Positions 1-12,533 of a stretch of DNA of 64,000 nt are shown piece after piece. The number at the start of each line of letters is the position of its first letter. Position 1 is the stretch's first letter. The stretch comes from Minutocellus sp. GHC0000111 (Eukaryota), in NCBI GenBank assembly GCA_977018835.1, contig OZ361256.1, positions 7,378,001-7,442,000 on the forward strand, in the 5' to 3' direction. A model generated the notes under the pieces. The model made no database searches. It was given only the letters and a program-made list of their open reading frames with translations, and was not told the DNA's origin. The translations under genes and the position numbers were made by a program.

Positions 1-541
1 GATTTTCCCCACAGCAGCGGTCGACCGCATACCGGCCGTTCAGCTTTTTCTCGATTCCATTTGCTGGCCCCTAGGTCGCGACCATAGATGCTACTATCCA
101 GCAGGGACGAGGAAGACATGCTCCTCGCTACTGTGGTGTAGGCCTACCCTTCGCTGCCAACAGGCCGACAGTCGAACAGGAGAGTTGGCGAAAGTCTGTG
201 GTCTGTGGCTGTGGCGCAGTGGCGCCGCAGGATCGGATCGATCCGATCGGCATGGCGGATTGCGCCACCGCCATGATGCGAACCTCAAAAACTCAAAACC
301 GCACCGACACGTCAGTCAGACCGGCCGCGCGCCGACCAGCCACACGGCTGACACGGCCGCGCCGGTGAGATCGAGTGAGAAGGCGAGAATGGCAGTCAGG
401 AGCCCGAGCTGATCGACCAGACACTAGCTGCTCTGCCTGAAAAACACACTCATATTGCATCAAAGAGTACCCCAACGCATCGCTTGCAATCTATTTGAAG
501 TTCACTCGAACGCGACCCCATTGAAAAAGTACAAACGAAGA

Positions 542-1063
542 ATGGCACCTGCGAAAATGGAGGATCAACTAACTTTGGTTGGGAGGACGTTGGAAGATGA
601 GAGTAGCAGAAAGCGGGAGGAGATCGAGGCAAGGCATGCGCGGGAACTCAGAGAGCTTCTCCGAGCACAAGCAAAAGAATTGAAGGAATTTGTGATATCT
701 GCCCAAGAGAAGAAGGAAACAAAATTGAACGATGTCAAAGCAAAGTTTCAAGGAGAGAAAGTAGAAAACACCACAATACAACAAGAGGAGAAGGTAGAGA
801 AGAAAGGTCGTGGGAAGATCAATTCCTGCCCAGCATGCAATGAAGTTCCTTGTTACACAAATAATGCGCAACGTAGACCTTGTGAATGTTGTGACGATGT
901 TGATAATCCTTCGAGTTTATGTGATGGATGTGCTGATAAGATGAATCTAAAAGCGGCATTGTGCGGCAATTGGACTTGCAATGCTTGTCATGAAAGACAT
1001 GTCCAAGGCTGCAGATTATGTGAGGCTGACGAGGGCGAAGGTTGGTTTATGGGGAATCAATAA
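542..1063 (+). CDS. Hypothetical protein: N-terminal charged coiled-coil plus C-terminal Cys-rich putative zinc-binding region
   Basis: ORF 455..1063, first ATG at 542 (MAPAKMEDQ). E/K-rich helix followed by CPAC, CECC, LCDGC, CGNWTCNAC, CRLC motifs. More AT-rich than neighbouring genes. Confidence 0.55.
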   Translation: MAPAKMEDQLTLVGRTLEDESSRKREEIEARHARELRELLRAQAKELKEFVISAQEKKETKLNDVKAKFQGEKVENTTIQQEEKVEKKGRGKINSCPACNEVPCYTNNAQRRPCECCDDVDNPSSLCDGCADKMNLKAALCGNWTCNACHERHVQGCRLCEADEGEGWFMGNQ

Positions 1064-1099
1064 TCAAGCAAGTATAAGCAACATTTTGCCATCAATATT

Positions 1100-2502
1100 T
1101 TAATTTGCTACCGCCTCCTCACTAATTTGTCGGAGCTTCTCCTCCTGATCCTTGGCAATCATGGCATCGATAATCGGTCCAATATCGGCACTCAAGAACT
1201 GATTCAAGGGAAAGTTCTGTCCCAACCTGTGATCAGTACATCGGCTATCCTTCCAGTTGTACGTACGAATCTTCTCCAACCGGCCGCCGGTACCAACCTG
1301 CTCTCCTCTTCGTTCTCTCTCTTCCATCTCCCGCTTTTCGTTCTCGATATCATACAGTTTCGACATGAGCATCTTCATGGCCAGCTCCTTGTTCTTGAGC
1401 TGCGATCGTTCCTGCGTACACTTGATGCGAATTCCTGTGGGCTTGTGCAGCAGATCCACAGCGGTCTCGACCTTGTTCACGTTCTGTCCACCGGCACCAC
1501 CGGATCGCATGGTCGACAGCTCAATGTCCTTGGGATCAATCTTCACATCCACCTCGTCACATTCCGGCATGATGGCAACCGTGGCGGTGGAGGTATGGAC
1601 ACGTCCCTGAGTTTCGGTAGCTGGCACGCGCTGCACGCGGTGAACACCGGCCTCCCACTTGAGCTTGGAATAGACCGAATCACCCTTGACCTCCAGGACA
1701 ACATTCTTGTACCCGCCGTCGTCGCCCCTCGACTCGTCCATCATGCCACCCCTCGGTCTGGATGAATTTGCGGTACACATCGAGCAAATCGCCCGCGAAT
1801 ATGCTGGCCTCGGACCCACCGGTGCCGGCCCGAATCTCCAGCATGACGTTGCGATCGTCGTTGGGGTCCTTGGGCAGGAGGAGGATGGTAATCCTCTGCT
1901 CCAGCTCCTCCATCTTGGGCTCGATCTCCTTGATCTCCTCCCGGGCCATCTCCTTCATGTCGGGGTCGTCGCCGGCCTCCTGGAACAGCTCCTTGGCACC
2001 CTCCAGCTCCTCCGCGAGTTGGCAGTACTACATGTACATCGATCATGTGTGTATGTCAGTATAGTAAAAACAGAGGTGAGTGAAATGCTTTGAATTGAAT
2101 TGATCAATATCGGCATGGGAAGCACATGCAGCAACACGCAACAATATTTATTTCTCATCATGTCTTTGCTTCCAATACAGCACTCACCTCCTCGAACGCC
2201 AGCACGACCTCCTCGCTCTTGGACCGGTCGGACATGACCTGCCGGAGCAGGTTGGAATCCCCGATGACGTCCGGGTCGGCCAACCGCTCCGTCAGGGCAT
2301 TGAACGACCGGCGGATGCCGTCGAGGCGCTCCATCATCTTCTCGTCGATGGCCTGGAGTTGGGAATTGGTGGTGACGGTGGTGACGCCATGAGATACAGA
2401 TGATCGGGTATTAAAGGAGGGCACAAAGGCGTGACAATTCGACGAGGAGAGGGCGACTGTGGCGGCAACGATGGCCGTGGCGGCCGTGGAGAAGGACACC
2501 AT
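1100..2502 (-). CDS. prfA: Plastid-targeted peptide chain release factor 1 (2 exons: 2502-2188 and 2027-1100; apparent frameshift near 1745)
   Basis: [25 protein letters not shown] (PxT motif of RF1), [11 protein letters not shown] (GGQ), KIRTYNW. Signal peptide followed by CHA-FVP. Intron GTGAGT (2187) to TAG (2028) keeps the frame. Confidence 0.93.
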
Positions 2503-2719
2503 GGTGGCTTGACTTCGCGATTTTCGGTGAAAAATGGGAGGCGATGACGCATGAAGGGCTCGTTGAAGGGCTCGTTAGCAGTCGAGCGAGGTCGGATTTT
2601 CTCTTTTTGCTTTTGTTTCCTTCGCATTCTCTACATGTAGCTAGCTAGCATGTCGATTTGTAGTATTTTCCTTTTTGGTTTTCAATTTCCTCACATTCCA
2701 TCCAGATCTTCTCTCCAAG

Positions 2720-5462
2720 ATGGTGTCACCGGCAGGCGTAGGCTCCGCCGCTGGGATCGCTGCTCCCCCCAGCCTCGGCCCGTCCCTCCAGGACGTCCTC
2801 GCGGCCCTTCGCTCTCCAGGCGACGAAGACGACGGTGTCCATTACGGCGCCGCTGCTCGTGGTGGTGGCTGCGATGGTGACGCGGAGGAGGAGGTATCTC
2901 CCTCCAAATTTCTGCTGGGACTCTTTGATGATGACGATGGCGATGTCGTCGGCGAGCCAGCTGCTGCAGCTTTGCCCGCAGAGGCGCCAAGCTCTGGATT
3001 GGATCCGACCATGGCGCCTCTCTGGGACGACAACGTCGCCCTGTCGTTTCCCAGTGCTCGGCTGGCAGGCGAACCGCAGCCCGAGCTGGTGGCTTCCAGT
3101 AGCGGCAGCAGCAGCGGTGCCGCTACGACAGACCCCCAAAAGATGGTTCCAGCCCACGACGAATCCACCCAGCTGGTGTACGACATCCTGGGAGCCGACG
3201 AGATCGAGCAGCTCGCCACGGGGATGCTCGAGATGGGTTCTCCGATTATGGCTGTATCCAATGCCTCGGCGGCCGAGACTGCTGGCGCTTCGGCTTCGGA
3301 TGCAGCAGCCATTGGGATGGATATTGGGCGACCCGACGGCGTTGGTTCTTCGACTGGCAGCATGATGATGAGCAGGATGCGGATGGCCTCGTCGTGGCAT
3401 CTCGGTCCTGGGGCCAACGCCAATGCCAAGCGCAGGAGCAAGGTCAGGCAGGAGGACGATATCGGCAATGCCATAAACAGCAGTGGCAGAAGGATCCTCC
3501 CGGTTCGAAAGGCAAGGATCAACCCCGGCATCGAGTACGACGATGCCGCCACTCCCGCCAATAATGGCGGCGCTGGTACCAAGCGACGGAGCAGCGGTGA
3601 ATCGGCAAAATCGGTTGCCTCCGTGACGTCTGCGGATGGCAAGCCTGGCAAGCAGATTGTTCTCAGTGGTGATGAGAGTGGTAGTGGTAGTGGCGGTGGT
3701 AGTGGCGGTGATGGCAACGCCAACAAGAAGAGGAAGAGGAGCAGCACTGGCAGTGGCAGCGGTGGTACCAGCGGTAGCAAGAAGCCTGCCACCACCAAGA
3801 AGAAGGCCGACGCCATCGCCAAGAAGGCGGCCGCAAATCTGGGATTGGATCCCAAGGCGGTGCCGCAGCGTCCCAAGCAGGCTCCCAACACCTTCATTCT
3901 GTTTTGCAACGCGAATCGCAGCCGCATCAAGGCGGAGAATCCGAACTTCAAGCCGTCGCAGATGAGCTCGCTGCTCGGCGAGCAGTGGAAGGCGCTGTCG
4001 GACAGGGGCAGGAGGCCGTACGTCGATGCTGCCGCGAAGGCAAACAAGGAGTACGCCGTCAAGTTGGAGGCGTACAATACCGCCATGGAACGATTCCGCG
4101 AGACCGACGATGGGAAGCGGTGGGTAGAGGAGCAGGATCGGCTCTTGCGCCAGTCGGTCGAGGAGGAGGGTGGAGTATGGGATTCCAGCATGGGCATTGG
4201 TACCAAGGAGAAGGAGGATGAGGAGAAGGCCATTGCGGCCGTCGTGGCGGCGGCTGCCGCGGTCAAGGCTCAGGAGGATCGTCAATTGAAGGCCAAGGCT
4301 GCTCTCCAGAGGCAGGAGGAAGAAAAGCTCGAAAAGGATCGTCAGCTGTTTGAGAAGGCCAATATTGCCCGGCCACCTCGTCCTCCAATCAAGCCCAAGA
4401 GCGCCTTCTCCTTCTTTAGCGATGCTCTGTATGAGAAACGAAGCTCGAAGGAGAACCGACTGCAACTAGAAGTAGTGACACCAATTACATGTGCGAGCGA
4501 CGAGGATGATTCGTCGTGCCCTGCAATCCTGTACGACCGGCTCCCTCAACCGGAGAAGGAGATGTATGAGGTTATGGCGAACAAGACGCAGATGACCTAT
4601 CAAAAAGCTATAGCGGAATACGAGCAAGAGCTGGAAACAGCTCGCAGCCGCGCAAGGGAGATTATTGACATGCTGGACCCGAAGAAACGCGCTGTCAAGG
4701 TTGATCAGATGATCCTTGAGGTCGCAGCCGTCCGGAGGCAGACTCCTGGTCATGCCGACTGGTTTCTTCCTGACAGGCAGAGGTTGGTTCGGCACCAGCT
4801 CGACTGGAGACTTCGCCAAGCTGCCAAGGCCGGCTGTACGCAGGCGGAATTTTCGAGGAATTTGACAATGTTGTATTCCAGAGAGGGCCGGGAGCAGGAG
4901 GAGAGGAGGAGGCTGGAGCAGATTCGGCTTCAGAGAGAGGCGCAGGAGAAGAGGATTATGGCAGAGACGGAGAAGATGAACCAGCTTCACGAACAGATGC
5001 AGCGGGCGCATCAGCTGCAGCAGTTTCAACAATTGGAGGCGGCGAAGCAGGCCATGCCTTAAGCAGGCCATGCCTTATCCGGGATACCACGTGTCCCAGG
5101 CGTATTACCCACATCAGGCCTACCAGTGGGGGGTCATGATGCCCACGCAGATGCCCAATGCCTATGCCTCTTACTCGGTACCAGCGGTGTCTGAGGCAAA
5201 GAGCGCTCCATCTCAGAATACGAGTAGTGCTCGTCCAACCGCCGCGGTCGCTTCTGGCAAGGCTGCTAGCGTCGAGAACAACAACAACAATCCTCTAATG
5301 GCTCTGGCCATGCTCGCGGAGTGGAACGATCAGCGTGCCCAATCCCAGCCCTCGGCGGCGGTCGATGCACAGACTCATCTCAACGGGGCTACCTCAGCGG
5401 CTTCATCTGTCACCAAAGGGGTTTCATCGGGCGCCAAAAAATCTACAAAGGAGGCGCCATGA
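2720..5462 (+). CDS. HMG-box DNA-binding protein (two HMG boxes, second degenerate); C-terminus split by a 16-bp tandem duplication
   Basis: RPKQAPNTFILFCNANRSRIKAENP...LGEQWKALS...PYVDAA is an HMG box; second box PIKPKSAFSFF...YDRLPQPEKEMY. ORFs 2675..5062 and 5070..5462 join if the duplication at 5045-5076 is removed. Confidence 0.85.
5045..5076 (+). repeat. Perfect 16-bp tandem duplication (AAGCAGGCCATGCCTT x2)
   Basis: Read directly; creates the TAA at 5060-5062. Confidence 0.95.
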
Positions 5463-5557
5463 GTTTATCTCTTCCTAGTAGAATTGTTTTGCTTCGGCTG
5501 GCATGTAGCCAACCAGAGACAAAGCACAGCGCTCCGCTGTTGTGGATGCGTTTGAAT

Positions 5558-5603
5558 AGCATGTTGATCAAAACCTCTAAAGCATGTTGATCAAAACCTC
5601 TAA
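5558..5603 (+). repeat. Perfect 23-bp tandem duplication (AGCATGTTGATCAAAACCTCTAA x2)
   Basis: Read directly; intergenic, between convergent genes. Confidence 0.95.
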
Positions 5604-5637
5604 ATTCTTTGCTATGTACATTTATTGTTTCATCTGC

Positions 5638-7824
5638 TCATGTCAAATGCTGAATGCTGGTACCAACCTCAAAACCGAGAGAACCGCGGTCTTTGGCACT
5701 GGCTTCCCTCGCAGCAATAGCTGCCTTCATCTCTGCTACAAATTTTGCATCAGCCTCCTCCCCAACGTCGATCCAAGACGGACTGTCGGTAAGGTGCTTC
5801 TCCATCAAGGAATGATTCCGTCCCTTGGTCGCACCGTCGTGCAAATTAAGCCTCGTGGTAAACTCCTCAAACATGGGATGTGAATCATATTTCCCGATGA
5901 TTCGATATCCAGCCTTTTCATACAGCGTTATCGCTGCCAGGTTATTCACATCGACGTGAAGGTAGAGACTTTCAATACCCTTTAGTGTCGCGAGTTCATC
6001 AACGCCCGACATCAGTCTCGTCGCAGCGCCAGTTCTTCGAGCCTCCGGTAGCGCGGCAACCTCGGTAATGTACAAAATGGTGCCGGCAGGCCGTCTCTTG
6101 CCCAATTCTGTCCCATAAAATTCATGGACGCTAACCTCCACACTGCCCATGAACCATTGTGACGATGTGCTCTCTCTCGGCTTGATGAGATCGCCATAAT
6201 CGGCGCCATCCTGATAGACATTCCTTGCGACGATGGAATCACGCATATTCGAATCGATAGCAGCCACCAGGCACGTGGCGCCCTTGTTCCTTCTGTGGTC
6301 CAGCACCTCACACGACTTTTGGCAAAATTTGGCCCGCAATTCCGGAGCCATCTCACTGAAGACAGAAAGCCGAAGGTTGGCAATGTCGATATCATCCCAT
6401 GGCGTGGCAACACGGACAGAAATTTGATCCCTCACCTCGGCAAAGTATTCCGCATCGGATGAAGAGGAGGAAGTCGCTGCTGCATTGGCCCCTGCCATGC
6501 TGTTTTCGTTAGCGTCATCATTGCCAGTCTGAGGATGTAGGAGTATGCTGCCCGATTGGGGCGGTTGCCAGTAGGATATGTAGTTGTGAAACGCTCTCTC
6601 CTGTGCATACTGCTCATCAAGATTTGGTTGCGGTTGTGGTTGCGGTTGTGGTTGAGATTGCGGATAGGACGAATACGATGGGTTCAGCGGCTCACCGAAG
6701 AGCCCAAAGGACGATGGTTGAGATGCCTTCCGTCGATCCTCCTCACGCTTCATCAGATCACTGACCGTCGATTCAATCAACGACTTGGTATTGGCTTTTG
6801 GGTTGTTGGTCATTGACATTTTGGCATCCTTCCCATCCGATGACGGCCCGTCGTCCTTCTGTTGCTGCTTCTTTTGTCGGGCCGCCGCCGCGGCAGCTGC
6901 GGCAGTCCGGACTGTGCCCAGCAGCTTCCCCGCCACCGTCCCACCGGCTCTCCGCGCGCTGCCCGTCTTGAGCGCGCCGACGCTGGTCTGCGTCCGTCCC
7001 ACCTTGGTGTTGGACTTGGCCGGTCGGTTGCCATCCTTCAACGCTCGTCGACGGAGCAGAGCCGCCGCGGCCGCTGCTCGTGTGGCGTCCGATTTACTGT
7101 CTTCTTCTCCTTCGTTTGCGGATGATTCACCTCCCTCTGACGCTTCTGCTTGGCCAGGCTGTGGTGACTCGGTGTCATCATCCTCGGCAGCAGATGCCAC
7201 GACAACATTGTCGGACGTTCTGGTAATGGTCACGCCAGGACCGGGCCGTACCGTTACGGTCGGTCAGTCAAATCGATCCACCTTGCCTTTGTTGTCATCG
7301 TCGTCACTGCTGGTACTGCTTCGTCCGAACGGTCTTTGCCTTGGCCGAAATCCAACAAATCCAGGCGATTGGCTCCTCTGCTCTTCGTCGGATGTTTGTG
7401 TCTGCTGCTGCTGTTGCCGATGAAGCAGAGCGGCCTCGGCGGCCTTCTCGACTTGGGCCACACCGGCCGCCACCCTTCGTCGGACGACGTCGCCGCCATT
7501 GCTACCACTGGTGGTCTCGGTAGAAGTATCTTCCGGCGCAATGACATGAAGGGGCAGCCCCGATCGTCTCCGTCGGAGGATTCCCCGCACATCCGTTTGG
7601 GACTGCGTCAGGGAGGCAACGCCTGCCGCCGAGCAGGATGTCGGTGCTGCTGCTTCTTCTGTTGGAGATGTCCCGCCGACGACAGAAGCCGCCGAGCCTC
7701 CGTATGTAAATCGAGGCCTTTGCAGGCTGTTGGGAGAGTAGGCATCGGCGGTACTTGAAACGGCGAGGAGTATGGTCAGTATCGACAGGGACGATGAGGA
7801 GGAGGAGGGCAATCGAAGAATCAT
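5638..7824 (-). CDS. GNAT-family N-acetyltransferase, probably plastid-targeted; in-frame TGA at 7264-7266
   Basis: YITEVAALPEARRTGAATRLM...LYLHVDVNNLAAITLYEKAGY matches GNAT motifs A/B. Upstream ORF (ATG 7824; hydrophobic signal then ADA-YSP) is in the same frame, separated by one TGA. Confidence 0.8.
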
Positions 7825-8667
7825 TTTTGTATTTTTAGTACGTGTTCCTCGTTCCTCGACGATCGGATGTGTTGCGACTGGTATGCCGACAAATAAATAA
7901 TGAGGAAACCAGAACAGACGGCTCACAGATCTCAGAGCTCAGTTCAAAGAGATGAGACTGCGATCGATAAGAGGACGGACGTCGCTTCAGAGCCAGGCCG
8001 GCCAGCCGATCGATAGTTCCTCGGCGAGAGCCACCTCGGCGCAAGTTGTGTTCTTGGCTTGACTTCGTGGCGATGGCAGTTGAAGAAGGCGAAACAACAC
8101 CTGACGTCGAACAGAAACTGTCTATGAGCGATTTTTTTTGTGTCAAAAGTCGAGCCTGCCGGGCAAATTGGCAAAGTTTCCTCGCGCAAACCGCCACCAA
8201 CCCGACCCACAGTCAACTGTCCAACCGCCGAGGCGGCAATAAAGGGAAGCACAAGGAAGCAAGATTGCAAGATCTCTCTCTTCGTCAATCGTTCTTGATT
8301 GACGAAGTATAATTGACCTTGATAGATTCCCCTCAAGCTAATCTATTGCAGCACATCTTGTGTTTCATCTGCATTGAGGTGCACAACCACGTTGAAATTC
8401 AATATTGCGGGAAGGGCGGCAGCGAAAGGAGATTGATCAGCGCTTCGGGAAGCGCACAAAGGCTCGCAGACGAACCCATCGGTGCAACACCACGTTCTTC
8501 TGTTCTGTGCTGAGACGAATTATCCGATAATTCTTTATCTCATACACGTTAGAGTACATCGATAGCTTCTTTCTGGTCGGCGCTGCTGCTTGGCTTCGCT
8601 TCGCACTTGCTTCAATCAAGTCAATTTCAAATAATATCAGCACCGACAGCAAGCAGGCAAAAGGTCC

Positions 8668-11600
8668 ATGGCAGTCATGACGACGGCGGCGGTTCCTCAA
8701 ACGCCACCCCCCAAGCCCGCCAACAACGTGGAGGGCAGCCCTCACAGCGTCAGCGGCAAGACCAACGCCACCAGCAGCGGGGGCAAGTGGAAGAAGCGCC
8801 TGTCTCTCGGGTCGGGTCACAAACGGAACGCCTCGGCCGACGTGGCGCTGACCACCATTGATGGGCCGTCGAGCCCAGCAGGCGCAGCCACCCCCGCCCC
8901 GGCCGCCGGGACATGTCCGTGCCGCCAGCGAGGGCGGCGCTGCCACCGACGCAGGCGGGAGCGGGCGCAAGGGGAAGAAATCGGCCCTGCGCAAGTTCAA
9001 GAACCTCATCCCCTCGTCCAGCAGCGAACGGGCGGGGTCGTCGGCGGCGGCGTCGGCGCCCGTCGTGCGATCCCCCGCGGCCGGCGGCGGTACTAGTAGC
9101 GGCAGCGGTGCGGGCAGTGCAACAGGCGGAGTAGGAGAATCCAGAGAAGTTCAATCGGCCGACGGTCGTTCGGGGTCGGGAGGCGGCGCCGCCACATCGA
9201 TCAAGAAGAAGCTTACCGGCGGCAAGGCCAACAAGGCCGCAAGTCCAACCAATGACAGCGGCAGCAGCACCGACGTGCGTCCGGGCACGCCCAAGAATCT
9301 GGGCGTGGATGGCATCGTCAGCGGTCCGCCGTCCGAACCACCCCCGAAGAAGAATCTGGTGGCCAAAATACGTGACAACATCAGTCCTCCGAAGGAACGG
9401 CCCGAAGCCGGCGACGAGGACAACAATGCCGCCGGGACGTCATCGTCGTCGCGGATGAAGGAGATATCCACCCAATCCAGCATCTACGAGGAGGCGCATC
9501 ATCGGGATGGGTTCTGCCGCAGGGTGGACTCGTACGATGGCCAAATCATCGTCGTGGACGGTCGGCCGACGTACGAGGTGGGCAACTACCTCGGAGGAGG
9601 TGTCGCCGGCGTCGTTTACGAGGGCACTCGCCTCCTCCCCATATCGGAGTACCCCGTCCGCACTGGATATGCCGAGCGGGAACGTGCCGCGGCGGCAGGT
9701 GCCGCGGCGGCTGCCGTTGAGAGCCCATACTCCAGCGCCAGAGCAGTAGGTCAGAACAGGTACCAGGTGGACAATGAAATTGTGGAGACGCAGGGCAATA
9801 TGTGCTCGGCTCTTTGTGCTCCCTCGGATGCCATGGGCGCCAGCGAGGACAATGGCTCCATCATTGACGATGGGGCTGCCGGTGGTATCTGCGCTCCCAT
9901 GGCTGTTCGCAGCTCGGCCCGGGATCGGAGGGCCATGGCGGCGGCCGATGGTGCCGTCGAGGTGAAGGAGGGAAGCGGCGTCATTGAGAGCACTCCACAA
10001 GGCGCCGAAGCCTTTGGCGACGACATTGCCTTTGAGATTCCGCGCAGTCCGACAGGAGATTCCAATGCTGGAGAAATGATTCCTATTATGGATGCCATCG
10101 ACGCTCCCAGTCGTTCGACGCATTATGCCCGAGCTGCCTCCCGTGCCGACTCCGCCACTGCCAGTGCAATCACTGGTGGGCTCGAGAAACTTGACCTTGA
10201 CGAGTCCGACTACGCCGCCAGGGCAGCTTCGCCATTCAGTGCGACTGGAAAGATGCTCATGGTGGAGGAAACTGTCGCGGTGAAAATTTTGAATCCTGTC
10301 GGTTACCGCCTCCTCTCGAACGATTCTATTCGAGGCGCCGTCGTTGTGAAGGAAGGAGAGCCATTGACCCAAGAAGTCATCGATGGATCTCGGCCAATGG
10401 AAGAGCATCATGTCTGGTGGCTCGTCAACCCCAACAGCCGCAATCTCCGCACGCTGCAAAAGACAGGCCCGGCCGGCGATAATGTGGACCGTGGCTCGTC
10501 CGAACGAGGGTTGCGGCTTAGTCTCGTCGCGGCGTTCGTGGATCCCAAAACAAATCTCCTCAAGGAGCTGCCCCTCACTCGATGCATCGAAATATGGGGC
10601 CACGCACCGTTTGGCGCGTCCGAGGCAGAATTTGATGCCATGATGGATGCTATTGAACGCATCAATGCTGGACAGCCACCGACGAATTATGCCAGTCCTC
10701 CTCCTTCGAGAGTTGGTACCGAGGAATCGGGGGCATCATCTGGACAGGCCAACACAAGCGGCAACGATGGGTACCTAACTCCCGTCCAAGTTCGGAAGAA
10801 CATGTTTCGCAAGACAGAATCTCAAACGGGACTTGCCCGTGCCATGGCTGCTACACGGATAACCGTATACTGCGCGCCATTGAATGCCTACATTGCCTGC
10901 CCAGCCGTCCCACCGAAGTACCTGCGTTGGCTCCGTCAGCGCCGCGCCGCTACCAAGGAGATTCGTCATATGATGCAGATCGGCCGCCACCGCAATGTTG
11001 TGCATCTGTACGAGGTTTTGGAGCTCGTTCAGGATTCCAAGTCGACCATGTTCCTCATTCTTGAGCTTGTTCGGGGAGGAGAGCTGTTTGATTTGATTAG
11101 CAGCCAAGCCGGAAAGAGCAAGGATAAGAAGGGCAAAGTTCGAGACCCGAATGATGATCCCGAGGCTCGGATGCTCAAATTTTTCAAGGAGCTGGCATCT
11201 GGCATTGCCTACTGCCATGATAATGGCATTGCGCACAGAGATCTCAAGCCGGAGAATCTCCTCGTCCACAACGACGCCAGTGGTGGCCAGACTCTCAAAA
11301 TTGCAGACTTTGGTCTCTCGGCGACCTTCCATCTCAATGCTCACATGAATCGATTGCATTCCACCGACTTTGACCTGATGTCGGAAGTAGGAACAATTGC
11401 TTCGCCTACTTCGTCCGGCATCGGCTCTCCCTGGTCGCCTGAGGAACGAGAAACCATTGAAGCAGCGCAAAGTCCCATTGCCACCTCTCTCAAGGCTCTT
11501 GGCCAGACCGCCATGTCGTTCCTGACATGCGGAAGTACGGAGAATGTCGTCGGCCTTGGTGCCTGTTTCCCCGGTTACTCTGACGAATCCAATCAGCCAG

Positions 11601-12106
11601 AGCCTCTCCGTACGATGACATCCATCGTTGGTAGTCCTCACTATGTGGCTCCGGAGATCATTTCTCAATCTTCCCCGGATAAGAATAAGAAGAAAAGTCC
11701 AGAGAAAAGCCGAAATGCCTCACCCGATAGTACCGATGAGATTGAGGGGTACGATGGTTGCAAGGCGGATGTATGGAGCGCGGGTGTCATCCTATACGCC
11801 ATGTTGTTCCGTTCTCTTCCCTTCGGCGAAGATCTGCTTCGCTGTCCTCGGTTCCAATCCTTCAAAAAGTGGTACGTCGAAGCTCGGAAGAAGGGAGGGC
11901 GACGATCGTCGGCCCAGGCGGCTCTGGATCCGATCTTCACTCCGGCGGATGAGGAGGAATTGCTCGGTCCGCACTGGTTCTTCCCCACAGAAACCAGCCG
12001 AGAGAGCCGAGATTTGATCGTTGCCATGCTCAATCCCAATGCCCACGAGCGTCTATCGATCGACATGGTCCTTCGGCATCCGTGGGTCTTGTCCTACCGA
12101 GAGTAG
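8668..12106 (+). CDS. Ser/Thr protein kinase (CAMK/SNF1-like) with very large insertions; probable +1 frameshift near 8908
   Basis: YEVGNYLGGGVAGVVYEG, VAVKIL, KEIRHMMQIGRHRNVVHLYEV, HRDLKPEN, DFG, GSPHYVAPE, DVWSAGVILY, R(L)SIDMVLRHPW. Confidence 0.92.
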
Positions 12107-12533
12107 GATGGCTACAGTGCAAGCAATCTAACAACACGCCTGTGTAATCTTAATGAATTTTACAACAATGCTGCTACGTAACTACGTGTAGACCGGCGTT
12201 AAAAGCTTGGCATTTTACTTGTCCGGCCCACCTTTTCGGGCTTTCGACCTGACGATAACATGACGTTTTGGGCGTCAAAGAGGTACGAGAAACCCGGAGG
12301 AATCCATGCCTGACGTCGGTCGGTCAGCAACAGCATCGATGAAGTCCCAAAAGCGGAAGGAGAAGCCGGCGAGAAGCACTCCCGCTGATCGACCTGCTGC
12401 TAACGCCCCACCTTTAGCCTGTCGCCAAGCAATAACTCCCGGAGATTCCAGCACATTGACCTGTGGTGGGTTGCCGCTGATAATTGTGCAGGGAAATATA
12501 CTCAGCACGTAGCGTAGCATAAGTTGTATCATC

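Noticed and set aside
2726..4465. Long antisense ORFs (e.g. 2726..4465, 9440..10603, 52147..53328)
   Set aside because: Shadows of GC-rich, codon-biased sense genes with no independent motifs.
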